Assembly: GCA_036787895.1 (NCBI GenBank)
Contig: DAIQOK010000008.1
Span: forward strand, 1,679 to 65,678
Reading direction: 5' to 3'
From: Bacteroidota bacterium
GTDB lineage: Bacteria > Bacteroidota > Bacteroidia > UBA7662
Length of the DNA: 64,000 nt
Both the position numbers and the translations under genes were made by a program. Positions 49,580 through 59,809 of the stretch are shown here, piece after piece; the first letter of the stretch is position 1; each line of letters begins with the position of its first letter. The notes beneath the pieces were generated by a model that ran no database searches, was not told where the DNA came from, and worked only from the letters and a program-made list of their open reading frames with translations.

Positions 49580-50425
49580 TTGACATTTGAAGACATGTTG
49601 CCTGCCAAAAACAAAATAGAGCCAACTATAGTGAAAGCGATGCTTGGGCAAGAACTCGAAGCCGCTTATGTCTACTATAATCGACCTGAATTTATAGGCA
49701 CCGACCCAATCTGTGTGCCGCATCAATTCAGTAAACCAGCCGACATCGAAATAGCAGCTTTGTTTGCTGCCATTTTTGCCTGGGGGCAAAGGGCTACAAT
49801 AATTGCAAAAAGCAAGGAATTGATGAGGAGAATGGACAATTCGCCAGCCGATTTTGTGCGAAATCATCAAGCAAGCGATTTAAAAAGGCTTCTAGGATTT
49901 GTGCATCGGACATTTAATGATACCGACTTGCTCTACCTTATAGACTTCCTACATCGCCACTATTCCAGATTTGAAAGCCTTGAAGACGCATTTTTAGAGG
50001 TAGATGCTGCAACGTCAGATCCTGACTTAAGGGCCTATCAACGACTGTCGAACTTTCACCAGCTTGTTTTTACTGCCGCTCATGCGCCTCAGCGTACCCG
50101 AAAACACCTGGCTACACCAGCAACTCAGTCAAGTTGTAAACGGCTGAATATGTTTTTGCGTTGGATGGTGCGTAGAGATGAAAGGGGAGTGGACTTCGGG
50201 CTATGGAAAAAAATTAAACCGAGTGAGCTGATTGTGCCTATGGACGTACATGTTCAACGGGTAGCTGTCCGTTTAGGATTACTGTCTGCTGAAAAAAGTG
50301 ACTGGAAACACGCTATATTCCTTACCCGGGCATTGCGTGAATTTGACCCGAAGGACCCAGTGAAATACGATTTTGCCCTTTTCGGACTGGGTGTGCTCGA
50401 AAAGGGATTTAATGGGGAGCGTTAA
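49580..50425 (+). CDS. TIGR02757/DUF2400 family conserved hypothetical protein (tentative)
   Basis: FAWGQRATII motif and size. Confidence 0.5.
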   Translation: MTFEDMLPAKNKIEPTIVKAMLGQELEAAYVYYNRPEFIGTDPICVPHQFSKPADIEIAALFAAIFAWGQRATIIAKSKELMRRMDNSPADFVRNHQASDLKRLLGFVHRTFNDTDLLYLIDFLHRHYSRFESLEDAFLEVDAATSDPDLRAYQRLSNFHQLVFTAAHAPQRTRKHLATPATQSSCKRLNMFLRWMVRRDERGVDFGLWKKIKPSELIVPMDVHVQRVAVRLGLLSAEKSDWKHAIFLTRALREFDPKDPVKYDFALFGLGVLEKGFNGER

Positions 50426-50808
50426 AAATTTGCCAATTCTTCTATATACAAATCGATAGCCCCTTCAGCCAGCAACATTTCGGCCAGCGTTCGTGGATTT
50501 TTAACCGCTTTCACTGCCTTTTTCCGGTCAGTTTCGCCATGCTCTTCCATATAAAGTTCGGTGTAATGATCGAGCTCAGGATGATCGTTCGGATTTACTA
50601 CACCATATAACATGGTCTCATTCAGCCGATACATCTTACAAACGTCAAAAACTTCGAGCTCATCACCGAAAACCATGACTTCAGCCACATGGTCGAGTAT
50701 AAGCGCTTTGGCAGTTTTAATTACCTCGGGGTCAGTACCATTTAAAAAACAGATGATGGGGCTATCTTTGTCGGCAGCCCACTGACGGATTTTTTCGAGC
50801 TTGTTCAT
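50422..50808 (-). CDS. Hypothetical protein (weak phosphate-acyltransferase N-domain-like)
   Basis: 128 aa, no strong motif. Confidence 0.4.
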   Translation of the reverse strand: MNKLEKIRQWAADKDSPIICFLNGTDPEVIKTAKALILDHVAEVMVFGDELEVFDVCKMYRLNETMLYGVVNPNDHPELDHYTELYMEEHGETDRKKAVKAVKNPRTLAEMLLAEGAIDLYIEELANF

Positions 50809-50852
50809 GATTTGATTACAGCCGAAAAATAAAGCCTAAGTGGCAATAATGT

Positions 50853-52235
50853 ATGAACCGACCACAAATTTTCAATACAGATGATACGATAGTGGCCTTG
50901 GCTACTCCGGCTGGCGTAGGTGCCATAGGCATATTACGTTTATCAGGGCCTAAAGCCATTGAGCTGGCCAACCAGATTTGCCGCAATAAAGACTTGAATT
51001 TACAGGCGTCGCATACGGTTCATTTTGGCATAGTGGAAGACGAAGGGAGAAAAATTGATGAAGCAGTATTTACCCTTTTCAGAGCACCTGCGTCTTTCAC
51101 CAAGGAGGACGTGGTCGAGATTTCGCTCCATGGTTCTTCGTTTATACTCGATCAGGTTATTCAATTATTGGTTCGCCTGGGTGCAAGAATTGCTCAACCG
51201 GGTGAGTTCACCTTTCGTGCGTTTTTGAATGGCCGCTTTGATTTGAGTCAGGCAGAAGCAGTGGCCGATTTGATAGCGGCAGATAACGAACATGCACATC
51301 GGGTGGCTTTAAACCAAATGCGAGGTGGATTTTCACTTGAAATTGGTCGGCTTAGGGCTCAACTGGTTGATTTCGCTTCGCTCTTGGAACTGGAGCTTGA
51401 TTTTAGTGAAGAGGATGTTGAGTTTGCTAATCGCAGGCAGTTAAAGGAATTGTTGCTACGCATCATCCAGGTAGTAAGTAGTTTACAGGAAAGTTTTCGG
51501 CTGGGAAATGTAATTAAAAATGGGGTGGCAACAGTGATTGCCGGTCGACCGAATGCTGGTAAATCTACCTTGCTCAACGCACTGCTGAATGAGGAAAAAG
51601 CCATTGTGAGTCACATTCCTGGCACGACCCGCGATGTAATTGAAGATGTAATAAGCATAGGTGGTGTAAAATTCCGCTTTTACGATACCGCAGGTATACG
51701 CGAAGCCGAAGATATGATTGAGTCGATTGGCGTGGAACGCACCTTCGAAAAGATGGGGCAGGCGGCTATCATATTGTATCTGTTCGATCTTACCCAAACC
51801 AGTCCGGCCCAATTGCAAGCTGAGCTCAGCAGTATGGTCAAACACAATGCTGAACTTATTTTGGTGGCCAACAAACTGGATGAGGTTAAAAGTTTAGATG
51901 GCCTGGAAGCTTACCGCAAGCTGGGTGATGTTTTATTCATCTCCGCCAAAAAGAAAGAAGGATTAGATGATTTGCTGGGAAGACTGCTTTCACTCGTCGA
52001 GGCAGGGAAAATCCAGAACGAGCCCATTGTCGCCAACGCCCGCCACTTCGAAGCCCTAGGCAGAGCCAATGCCGCGTTGCAAGCGGCCGTGCATGCCATG
52101 GATGCTGAATTACCTACTGATCTGGTAGCCCAGGAAATTCGCCAATCGCTGCATTATCTGGGTGAGATTACAGGTGAAGTCACGACTGATGACTTGCTGG
52201 GGAATATTTTTAGTAAGTTTTGTATCGGAAAATGA
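50853..52235 (+). CDS. mnmE: tRNA modification GTPase MnmE
   Basis: G-domain GRPNAGKSTLLNAL, DTAGIRE. C-terminal CIGK. Confidence 0.9.
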   Translation: MNRPQIFNTDDTIVALATPAGVGAIGILRLSGPKAIELANQICRNKDLNLQASHTVHFGIVEDEGRKIDEAVFTLFRAPASFTKEDVVEISLHGSSFILDQVIQLLVRLGARIAQPGEFTFRAFLNGRFDLSQAEAVADLIAADNEHAHRVALNQMRGGFSLEIGRLRAQLVDFASLLELELDFSEEDVEFANRRQLKELLLRIIQVVSSLQESFRLGNVIKNGVATVIAGRPNAGKSTLLNALLNEEKAIVSHIPGTTRDVIEDVISIGGVKFRFYDTAGIREAEDMIESIGVERTFEKMGQAAIILYLFDLTQTSPAQLQAELSSMVKHNAELILVANKLDEVKSLDGLEAYRKLGDVLFISAKKKEGLDDLLGRLLSLVEAGKIQNEPIVANARHFEALGRANAALQAAVHAMDAELPTDLVAQEIRQSLHYLGEITGEVTTDDLLGNIFSKFCIGK

Positions 52236-52326
52236 TTCAAGGTTTAGGTTTTTCTGGCAATGAATAATGCCAGAACTTGATTCAGTAGGCAATGAGTTGC
52301 TGGTATTCAGTTTATTAATTGTTTAA

Positions 52327-53052
52327 ACTAATTCCGTATACAAAGTAGCTACGAGCACTACGCAAAACGGCATCGTTATTAACGAGCTGGTCGCCAGTAA
52401 TGCCTCAGGTGCTGTTGATTCATTTGGTGACCACGACGACTAGCTTGAACTTTATAACAATAATGCGCAAGCGGTCGACATCAGCAGCTTCTGCATTACT
52501 GATAATCCGGCAAATATTAGTAAGCGGCGATTTCCAGCCGGCACCATAATCCCTGCCCATGGTTATTTGCTTTTATGGGCAGATGAAGAACAATTCGAAG
52601 GGGCCTACCATACCAACTTTAAATTATCAGCACTGGGAGAGGACCTTATTTTTTCAGATTCTGCCTTGAACACCATCGATCAGTTGATTTTCCCGGCCTT
52701 GGCAACCGACCTGGCCTATGCTCGCATACCTAACGGAATTGGAAGTTTCGTTGTTCAACAACCAACTTTTGGAAGACACAACGGATTTGCGACGGTGGTT
52801 TCCCACATCCAAAAGCCACAACGACTCGTCGTATATCCCAACCCAACCGAGGATTGGATATACCTCAAATTAGACAATCCGCTACAGGAGCAAGTGATTT
52901 GGGATGTATTTGATAGTCAGGGCGGTAGCAGCAGGCAGTTCCACAGAAAGTGATATAGCTAGCCTAAACTGTTCACAATGGAATACAGGCATGTATATGG
53001 TCAGAATTCAACATGGCCAAACCATTCAATTGGCGCGATTTATTAAAAGATA
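52327..53052 (+). pseudogene. Decayed remnant of a lamin-tail-domain (LTD) + T9SS-CTD secreted protein. N-terminus missing, with one in-frame TAG and one frameshift.
   Basis: Frame 1: IVINELVASNASG ... GDHDD*LELYNNN ... GYLLLWADEE. A TAG sits where LTD proteins have DDWIELYN. The CTD starts at LVVYPNPTEDWIYLK. The reading frame shifts near 52921, and the CTD end WNTGMYMVRIQHGQTIQLARFIKR is in frame 2. Confidence 0.65.
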
Positions 53053-53070
53053 GAGCTGGGTCTTTTAATT

Positions 53071-55578
53071 TTAAAAACAATCAACCAAACTGCGAAACTG
53101 CGGCTTAAATGTTTGATTCGCTGATTTCTGCCTGAAACGAACTGTTTTTTTCTCACCAGCTAACAGGTCAAAGTAATTGTTTTCCAGTTCAAATCCCGGG
53201 GCAATGATTTCCAGATCTTTGACCAACATGTCGGCATCCAGGATGAGCAAACTATCAGCTTGAATGACCCAGTTGATTTTTGTTGGTACAAGAGCCAATG
53301 ATTTAGGAGGCACCAAATAAAATGGCGCAGACCAACGGGTTTTTATTTGTTCTGAAAGTAGCACAGTGCGTATGTACATTTCATTTTTTGAAACGCGCTT
53401 CGGTAAGAAGCTTCTCGTTAATCGGATGGAATGAATCGGGAAGTTCTCCTCATCAAAATAAATCAAGGTATCCTTCAGCAGATAGTTGTGTTTGGTTGAG
53501 CCTAGCTGAATTTGAATGCCAGTACCTTTTTCGAGTTGATGGGTATCGCTAACCCATTGAAACACGAAGGAATCTGCAGTTGTATCTACCCGAATTAGGT
53601 CAGGCGCCCAACTTCTTTTTACCTGATAGTAAAATGCTTTGGGCTGCTGCAGATAGTCTATGGCACTCCAGGAAATCGCCGGCCAGCAGTCGTTCCACTG
53701 CCAGAACAAACTCCCCATACAATAAGGCTGGGCAAAACGGTGGCTTTCCATGGCGATCTGCATGCCTCGCGCTTGCAGCAATTGAGAAACATAAGCGAAT
53801 TTACCGGCATCATCAGGTAACGGATAGTCGCGAGCCATATAAATACGTATGGTAGAATCTCCAATGGGGTGTTTTTGATGAGCTGACATCCCGAAAAGGG
53901 CTGAATCTTTCGATAAACCTTCAACCATCAGTTCCCGTGTTTCGGTGTTTGGGTAGCCCTGAAAGCCGTATTCAGAGACAAAACGGCCGGTTTTGAGTCG
54001 ATAGTTTTCGAATGGTTCGAATCCCCACCATACGCCCCAATAATGCACATCACCGCTTTTATAAGCCGTATCCCGGCCCCAACCGTTAGCGGGTGAGCTG
54101 GGATGATAAAATGCCCCAGGATGACCATCAGCCACCAATTTGGGGAGGATTTGATGAAAAAGTTTTTCGTATTGCCGGTAGAGGAGGAGGCTATCTTCCA
54201 GGCTATAGCTCATACTTTCCTGCCAGTGCCAGTTAAACCAACCTTCATTGATTTCGTTATTACCACACCACAATGCGAGTGAGGTACGGTTGCGCATACG
54301 TTCGATTTGCTGACTCGCCTCGAGACGAACATTGGTTAGAAATGATTTATCGCCCGGATAGAGCGCACAAGCGAACATAAAGTCCTGCCAGACCAAAATA
54401 CCCAATGAGTCGCAGGCATCCAGAAAAGTTTCATCGGCATAAGTGCCACCTCCCCAAACGCGGAGCATGTTTAAGCCCGCGGCTGCAGCCATTTGAACTT
54501 GTTGGTGGTATTTTTCAGCACTTATTCGGGCTGGAAATTGGTCGGGAGGTACCCAATTGGCTCCTTTCACAAAAATGGGTTTGCCATTTACTTCGAGTGT
54601 AAAGGAGGCGCCAATGGAGTCGGGCTGTTGCACCCACTTAAGGCTTCTGAGGCCGGTTTTGAAGTGTTTTTGATCAACCAGCTTGTTGTCGACATACAAA
54701 TTCACCTCCACTGGGTAAAGTCGGGCTTGGCCATGTCCATTCGGCCACCACAGCTCCGGCTGAGGGATTTGTATGGGTATCGAATATGCTACCTCATGCA
54801 AGCTGTTCGCTTTTTTCTGGCGTGCAGATAGCCACTTTTTGCCATCAAATAGTCGGGTTTCAACCTCCCAATTAGAATTGTTGGCAAGCTGTATACTTCC
54901 ACTCAGACGAATGTTAGCTTGGCTGGAATCGAGCTCGACAATGGTCAAAAGGGGCTGATTGAGCCTCGGTGCTGAAATTAGGGTCAATCGCACATCTTTC
55001 CATATACCACAGCCTAATAAACGGGGCGCCCAGTCCCAACCGAATTGGTATTGTGCTTTGCGGATAAAAGGGGCATCGCCCCCAGGCAATGGCAAGGGCG
55101 CGTTTTCGATTGATTTGCGGGCGATTTCAATTACAGGGGAAAAATGAAGTATGAGTACATTTTCACCCGATCGAAGCAGTTTTTTTGTTTCATATTCCCA
55201 GCTACGAAACATATTATTAGCTCGTCCCAGCTTTTGGCCGTTCAAATAGATGTCGGCTTCGGTATCTATTCCATCAAATTGGAGGAGAATATGCGCAGCT
55301 TTAAGCTGCATTTTGCTCAGCTTAAAAGCTTTCCGGTACTGCCATTCCAGGCTATCTACCCACCTCACTTTTTGCTCATGAATGCCTGTCAAAGGATCTT
55401 GAATATGCCCATTTCGTGCTAAATCGAGATAAACATTACCCGGCACCTGAGCTGGCTGCCAATTACTATCCGCATTCGATTTCATCTCCCAGTCTCCGGA
55501 GAGTCGCACTATCTTGCTTTGAGCAAAGCCGCTGAGAAACCCACCCATAAGACAAAGTAGCAGCGCAAATTTCTTCAC
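53071..55578 (-). CDS. GH2 family glycosidase, probably beta-mannosidase
   Basis: 835 aa, signal peptide, GH2 sugar-binding/Ig/TIM organisation. Terminal gene of the N-glycan core degradation operon. Confidence 0.75.
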   Translation of the reverse strand: MKKFALLLCLMGGFLSGFAQSKIVRLSGDWEMKSNADSNWQPAQVPGNVYLDLARNGHIQDPLTGIHEQKVRWVDSLEWQYRKAFKLSKMQLKAAHILLQFDGIDTEADIYLNGQKLGRANNMFRSWEYETKKLLRSGENVLILHFSPVIEIARKSIENAPLPLPGGDAPFIRKAQYQFGWDWAPRLLGCGIWKDVRLTLISAPRLNQPLLTIVELDSSQANIRLSGSIQLANNSNWEVETRLFDGKKWLSARQKKANSLHEVAYSIPIQIPQPELWWPNGHGQARLYPVEVNLYVDNKLVDQKHFKTGLRSLKWVQQPDSIGASFTLEVNGKPIFVKGANWVPPDQFPARISAEKYHQQVQMAAAAGLNMLRVWGGGTYADETFLDACDSLGILVWQDFMFACALYPGDKSFLTNVRLEASQQIERMRNRTSLALWCGNNEINEGWFNWHWQESMSYSLEDSLLLYRQYEKLFHQILPKLVADGHPGAFYHPSSPANGWGRDTAYKSGDVHYWGVWWGFEPFENYRLKTGRFVSEYGFQGYPNTETRELMVEGLSKDSALFGMSAHQKHPIGDSTIRIYMARDYPLPDDAGKFAYVSQLLQARGMQIAMESHRFAQPYCMGSLFWQWNDCWPAISWSAIDYLQQPKAFYYQVKRSWAPDLIRVDTTADSFVFQWVSDTHQLEKGTGIQIQLGSTKHNYLLKDTLIYFDEENFPIHSIRLTRSFLPKRVSKNEMYIRTVLLSEQIKTRWSAPFYLVPPKSLALVPTKINWVIQADSLLILDADMLVKDLEIIAPGFELENNYFDLLAGEKKTVRFRQKSANQTFKPQFRSLVDCF

Positions 55579-56240
55579 AGCAAAAGGGTTTTGAGTTGGG
55601 CAATTTCTTCAGCATCAACCGACTGATTATCGCCAAGCATTGCTGCACTGTGATACCATTTTAACCAACATTGCTCAAGCAGCTTAGGTAAATTTATACT
55701 TCGAATGCCACCTCCGGCAATAAATGATATTGAGGGATAACTCCTTTGCCATTCATTTAGCTTTTGGCTACCCAATAGTGCATTTTTTGCACCACCTGCC
55801 GATAAAATGCCTGTAAATCCCCATTGAATGGCGGTTTCTATGGCTTTTTCCTTGTCGATGCAAACATCAAAAGCACGATGTAAGGTGCAGGGCAAGCCAT
55901 CGGCTAATTCGATCAACAGGCGATTACTTTTTTCTTCTAATTGGGCCTGTTTGTCGAGAAAACCAAAGACGAATCCATCTGCCCCGGCTGACTTCAAGGC
56001 CTGCATTTGGTGTTTGAGTAGCTGTAAACCGGCGAAACTGATGCTGAAATCAGCAGTATCCCGCAGCATCACATAAATGGGCTGTTTGATTCGACCGCGT
56101 ATTCGGGCCAAATCAAAAGGGTCGGGGGTTAAGCCGCCACTGGCATAATCCCGACAAAGTTCAATGCGGTCGGCACCTGAAGTAGCGGCGATAAGGGCTG
56201 AAGGCAGATTAAAACAAGCTATTTCGAGTTTTGGTCTCAT
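55575..56240 (-). CDS. cutC: CutC family copper homeostasis protein
   Basis: KLEIACFNLPSALIAATSGADRIELC N-terminus. 4-nt overlaps with both neighbours. Confidence 0.8.
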   Translation of the reverse strand: MRPKLEIACFNLPSALIAATSGADRIELCRDYASGGLTPDPFDLARIRGRIKQPIYVMLRDTADFSISFAGLQLLKHQMQALKSAGADGFVFGFLDKQAQLEEKSNRLLIELADGLPCTLHRAFDVCIDKEKAIETAIQWGFTGILSAGGAKNALLGSQKLNEWQRSYPSISFIAGGGIRSINLPKLLEQCWLKWYHSAAMLGDNQSVDAEEIAQLKTLLL

Positions 56241-57217
56241 TTGAGGTAATAATCGGCTTGGATCAATCGATTGCCCTGTGTGTTGTGAACCGCATAACTA
56301 AAACCTTTTTGCAGACAGTAGCTGCCAAATCCTCCGTCACGTCGAAGAGCGATAAAGCCAATTTGAATGGCATCTAGGGCCTTATTACGACGTTTTTGTG
56401 CATTCACCACCCGCAACACAGCCGCTTTACAAGCCTCTTCGGCTGTACGCCCCTGACGCATCAATTCCACCACCAGGTGGCAACCTGCAACGCGTATTAC
56501 TTCTTCACCATGTCCGGTAGCTGTGGCAGCACCTATTTCATTGTCGACAAACAAGCCGGCACCGATGATGGGAGAGTCGCCTACCCGGCCATGCATTTTA
56601 TTGGCCATGCCGCTGGTCGTGCAGGCTCCCGATAAATTCCCGGCTTGGTCCAGAGCAATCATGCCGATGGTATCGTGATTTTCGATGTTTACTATGGGTT
56701 TATATTCACTGGTTTTCAACCATTCCCGCCATTCTCTTTCGGAGTCGGGCACGAGTAAATTCACTTTTTTGAAGCCTTGTGCTAAGGCGAATTGCAATGC
56801 ACCTTCACCAACTAACATCACATGTGGGGTTTTCTCCATCACAGCTCGGGCTACCGAAATGGGATTTTTGATGTGCTCTAAACAAGCTACGGCGCCAATA
56901 TTGGCCATTTCGTCCATGATGCAGGCATCGAGTGTAACCCGGCCATCGCGATCTGGACGGCCTCCATATCCTACGCTTCGTTCTTTGGGGTCGTCTTCGC
57001 AAAGGCGAACGCCTTGTTCAACAGCGTCTAACGATCGCCCACCCGCTTGGAGGATTTTCCAGGCAACCTCATTGGCCTGAATGCCAAAATTCCAGGTCGA
57101 AAGTACCAGTGGTTCAGAGACCTTTGGGGTAGCATTGATGGCGAGACTTTGTAAAGGTTTCAGCGCGAGTCCGACTGCTGCCAATGCCTGCCATTTGAAG
57201 AAGCTTCTGCGATTCAT
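56237..57217 (-). CDS. N4-(beta-N-acetylglucosaminyl)-L-asparaginase (glycosylasparaginase, Ntn-hydrolase)
   Basis: Tat-type leader (NRRSFFKWQALAAVGL). Autoproteolytic HDTIGMIALD Thr site. GAATATGHGEE. Confidence 0.8.
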   Translation of the reverse strand: MNRRSFFKWQALAAVGLALKPLQSLAINATPKVSEPLVLSTWNFGIQANEVAWKILQAGGRSLDAVEQGVRLCEDDPKERSVGYGGRPDRDGRVTLDACIMDEMANIGAVACLEHIKNPISVARAVMEKTPHVMLVGEGALQFALAQGFKKVNLLVPDSEREWREWLKTSEYKPIVNIENHDTIGMIALDQAGNLSGACTTSGMANKMHGRVGDSPIIGAGLFVDNEIGAATATGHGEEVIRVAGCHLVVELMRQGRTAEEACKAAVLRVVNAQKRRNKALDAIQIGFIALRRDGGFGSYCLQKGFSYAVHNTQGNRLIQADYYLK

Positions 57218-58830
57218 TTAAGTGATTTAAGGGCATGTTTGCCATGAGGAATGCCTTTCTGATCAAACCACTGACTGTGTAATTTGAGCCTCCACAGAAA
57301 GTCGGGGTAGTTTTTGTGCTCCGGATTGGTCCAAAGTACTTCGGATAAAGCTAACATCCGAGGTAGGGCCATATAGCTGACCTGCTTGAAAGTAGGCATG
57401 TATTCCGTCCACACATTGCCTTGCGCACCGAGTATGTATTCGGCCTCGGTTTCATTCAAAACTGCAGGTGTTGGCTGGTAGGCGTAAACTGCCTCCACGG
57501 AGTTAAAGCCTCCTATGGCCAGGGGCTCTGCGCCACGGTCCTCGCTTTGGTAATGATCAAAATAACATGGCCTTCCAGGCGACATCACAGCATAATGCCC
57601 GGATTTAGCAGCCGCAATGCCGCCATCAGTTCCCCGCCAACTCATCACAGTAGCATAAGGTGCCAGACCACCCTCTAAAATCTCATCCCAGCCAATGAGC
57701 TTGCGCTTTCGACTGTGCAGGAAATTTTCCATGCGGGTAATGAAGTAGGATTGAAGCTCATGTTCATCTTTTAAGCCTTTTTCTTTCATACGATGCTGGC
57801 ATTTAGCACAACTTTTCCAGCGTGTCTTCGGACATTCGTCGCCACCCACATGGATGTAGGTTGAAGGAAATATGGCGATAATTTCGTCGAGTATGGTTTG
57901 CAGAAATACAAAGGTGCTGTCGTTGCCGGCACAAAAAACATCGTCGAAAACACCCCACCAGCGACCTGTTTCGAATGGCCCTCCAGTGCAGGAATATTGC
58001 GGATAAGCGGCCAGCGCGGCCAGTGCATGTCCGGGCATCTCGATTTCCGGAACAACGGTAATATGCCGGGCAGCAGCATAGGCAACCACCTCCTTCATCT
58101 CTTCCTGGGTATAAAAACCGCCGTATTTTTTGCCGTCAAATTTCATGTCGGATGAAGGACGACCAATCAGCGTTTCCTTCCGCCATCCACCAACTTCAGT
58201 CAGCAATGGATAGGCCTTGATTTCTGCCCGCCAGCCCTGGTCGTCGGTCAAATGCCAGTGAAAGCTGTTCATTTTGTACATCGCCAGGTAGTCGATGTAA
58301 TGTTTCACTTCGGCAACAGTGAAAAAATGGCGGCTACAATCCAGGTGCATCCCACGCCAACGGTAAGTTGGCTCGTCGATTAAACTCACTTGCGGCAGCA
58401 GCAGGGTAGGAAAGGCGTCACACAATTGAAGCAAGGAAACTACAGCATAAAATGCACCTTCAGGACTCGAGGAAACAATCCGGATCTGATAAGCGCTTAC
58501 TTCCAGTTCATATCCTTCTTGTAACATCAAGTCGGCTAGCACAAATTCTATTGCCGGTTGTTTGGGTGATGCGACAGTTGCTTTAGAAAGTTGTTGCAGA
58601 CCTCGGTCGCGTAAACTTTCCTGCAGGAAACGCGCTGCTATCGGGAATTGGTCTGTGCCTATAAGCTGCGCTTTTTTAAGCTCGAACATGGGGCCGGTGC
58701 GCCAACGCACTTCTTGTGGTTGAGGAATGAAAATTTTAGGCTGGGCAACTGACGAGGAATAAAAACAAAGGTTCATCAACAGCAATAAACAAGTGCGAAA
58801 TCCACAGGGAAGTTTGGCTTGGGTCATCAT
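57214..58830 (-). CDS. GH20 beta-N-acetylhexosaminidase
   Basis: Signal peptide. GH20 catalytic HVGGDE motif and the RGMHLDCSRHF region. Confidence 0.85.
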   Translation of the reverse strand: MMTQAKLPCGFRTCLLLLMNLCFYSSSVAQPKIFIPQPQEVRWRTGPMFELKKAQLIGTDQFPIAARFLQESLRDRGLQQLSKATVASPKQPAIEFVLADLMLQEGYELEVSAYQIRIVSSSPEGAFYAVVSLLQLCDAFPTLLLPQVSLIDEPTYRWRGMHLDCSRHFFTVAEVKHYIDYLAMYKMNSFHWHLTDDQGWRAEIKAYPLLTEVGGWRKETLIGRPSSDMKFDGKKYGGFYTQEEMKEVVAYAAARHITVVPEIEMPGHALAALAAYPQYSCTGGPFETGRWWGVFDDVFCAGNDSTFVFLQTILDEIIAIFPSTYIHVGGDECPKTRWKSCAKCQHRMKEKGLKDEHELQSYFITRMENFLHSRKRKLIGWDEILEGGLAPYATVMSWRGTDGGIAAAKSGHYAVMSPGRPCYFDHYQSEDRGAEPLAIGGFNSVEAVYAYQPTPAVLNETEAEYILGAQGNVWTEYMPTFKQVSYMALPRMLALSEVLWTNPEHKNYPDFLWRLKLHSQWFDQKGIPHGKHALKSLK

Positions 58831-58924
58831 TAATTCTTTGAAACAAGATAAAAATAAAATGGTACTGCCCGCTAAGGATATATTGCAGCAGAAAGCTTAA
58901 GTTTACAAGTGTCAACTACTTCTT

Positions 58925-59470
58925 ATGAACAAATACATTAAATGGACGCTCATTGTTCTTACAGTCCTCATTCTTGGACTTTGGCTGGCCTTTCGGGTCA
59001 TGACGGCCAATACCAAAAAGGCAAGTCCCGAAAAAACAACCACCTATCAGGCCGACAATTACAATATAAAAGTTACCTATTGTAGCCCTTCTAAAAAGGG
59101 CAGGGAAATTTTCGGAGCCCTGGTTCCCTTCGGTGAAATATGGCGGACAGGCGCTAATGAAGCAACCACCTTCACTACCGCTACCGATTTGATTATCGAA
59201 GGCAAAACATTACCCGCAGCTACCTATACGCTTTGGACTAAACCAGAAGCTACCAGTTGGACAGTCTATTTTAATAGCGGCGAATACCCCTGGGGCGTTA
59301 GCTGGGGTGGTAAAGCCAGTCGTGACCCGGCTTTAGATGTGCTCGCTGTTGAAATACCAGTAACAGAGCTGAATGAAGTTGAGGAAATGTTTACGATTTA
59401 CCTTTATCCCAACCCTTTACGTATGCGATTGGCCTGGGATAAAACATCGGTGGATATAGCCATTCAATAG
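58925..59470 (+). CDS. DUF2911 family protein (tentative)
   Basis: N-terminal TM, GEIWRTGANEATTF motif. Confidence 0.5.
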   Translation: MNKYIKWTLIVLTVLILGLWLAFRVMTANTKKASPEKTTTYQADNYNIKVTYCSPSKKGREIFGALVPFGEIWRTGANEATTFTTATDLIIEGKTLPAATYTLWTKPEATSWTVYFNSGEYPWGVSWGGKASRDPALDVLAVEIPVTELNEVEEMFTIYLYPNPLRMRLAWDKTSVDIAIQ

Positions 59471-59495
59471 ACTTAGTCTTTAGGATAATAGTAGC

Positions 59496-59741
59496 TTGCA
59501 AGCGCCCAACCCACAACTTTTATTGGAGCTGGTAAACACACCTATGCCTTTTGGTAAATACAAGTCAACTTTAATCTGCGATTTGCCTGTCTACTATCTC
59601 GAATGGTTTGCACGTAAAGGATTCCCAAATGGTAAATTGGGACAACTTTTGGAGACGATGCTCGTGATTAAGTCGAACGGATTGGAAAGTCTGCTGCAAC
59701 CTTTAAAGGTAAAACAAGGAGGAGAAAAGAGATGTTTTTAA
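59496..59741 (+). CDS. DUF3820 family protein
   Basis: MPFGKYKSTLICDLPVYYLEWFARKGFPNGKLGQLL matches the DUF3820 core. Confidence 0.55.
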   Translation: MQAPNPQLLLELVNTPMPFGKYKSTLICDLPVYYLEWFARKGFPNGKLGQLLETMLVIKSNGLESLLQPLKVKQGGEKRCF

Positions 59742-59809
59742 GATATGTTTTTTCCGAATTGAGAAAAAATCCCATATTGACACAACTTTTTAATTTTCGA
59801 TTTTTCTAG

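Noticed and set aside
56685-57080. 131-aa plus-strand ORF within the glycosylasparaginase gene
   Set aside because: Antisense. Pro/Ser/Arg-rich shadow ORF.
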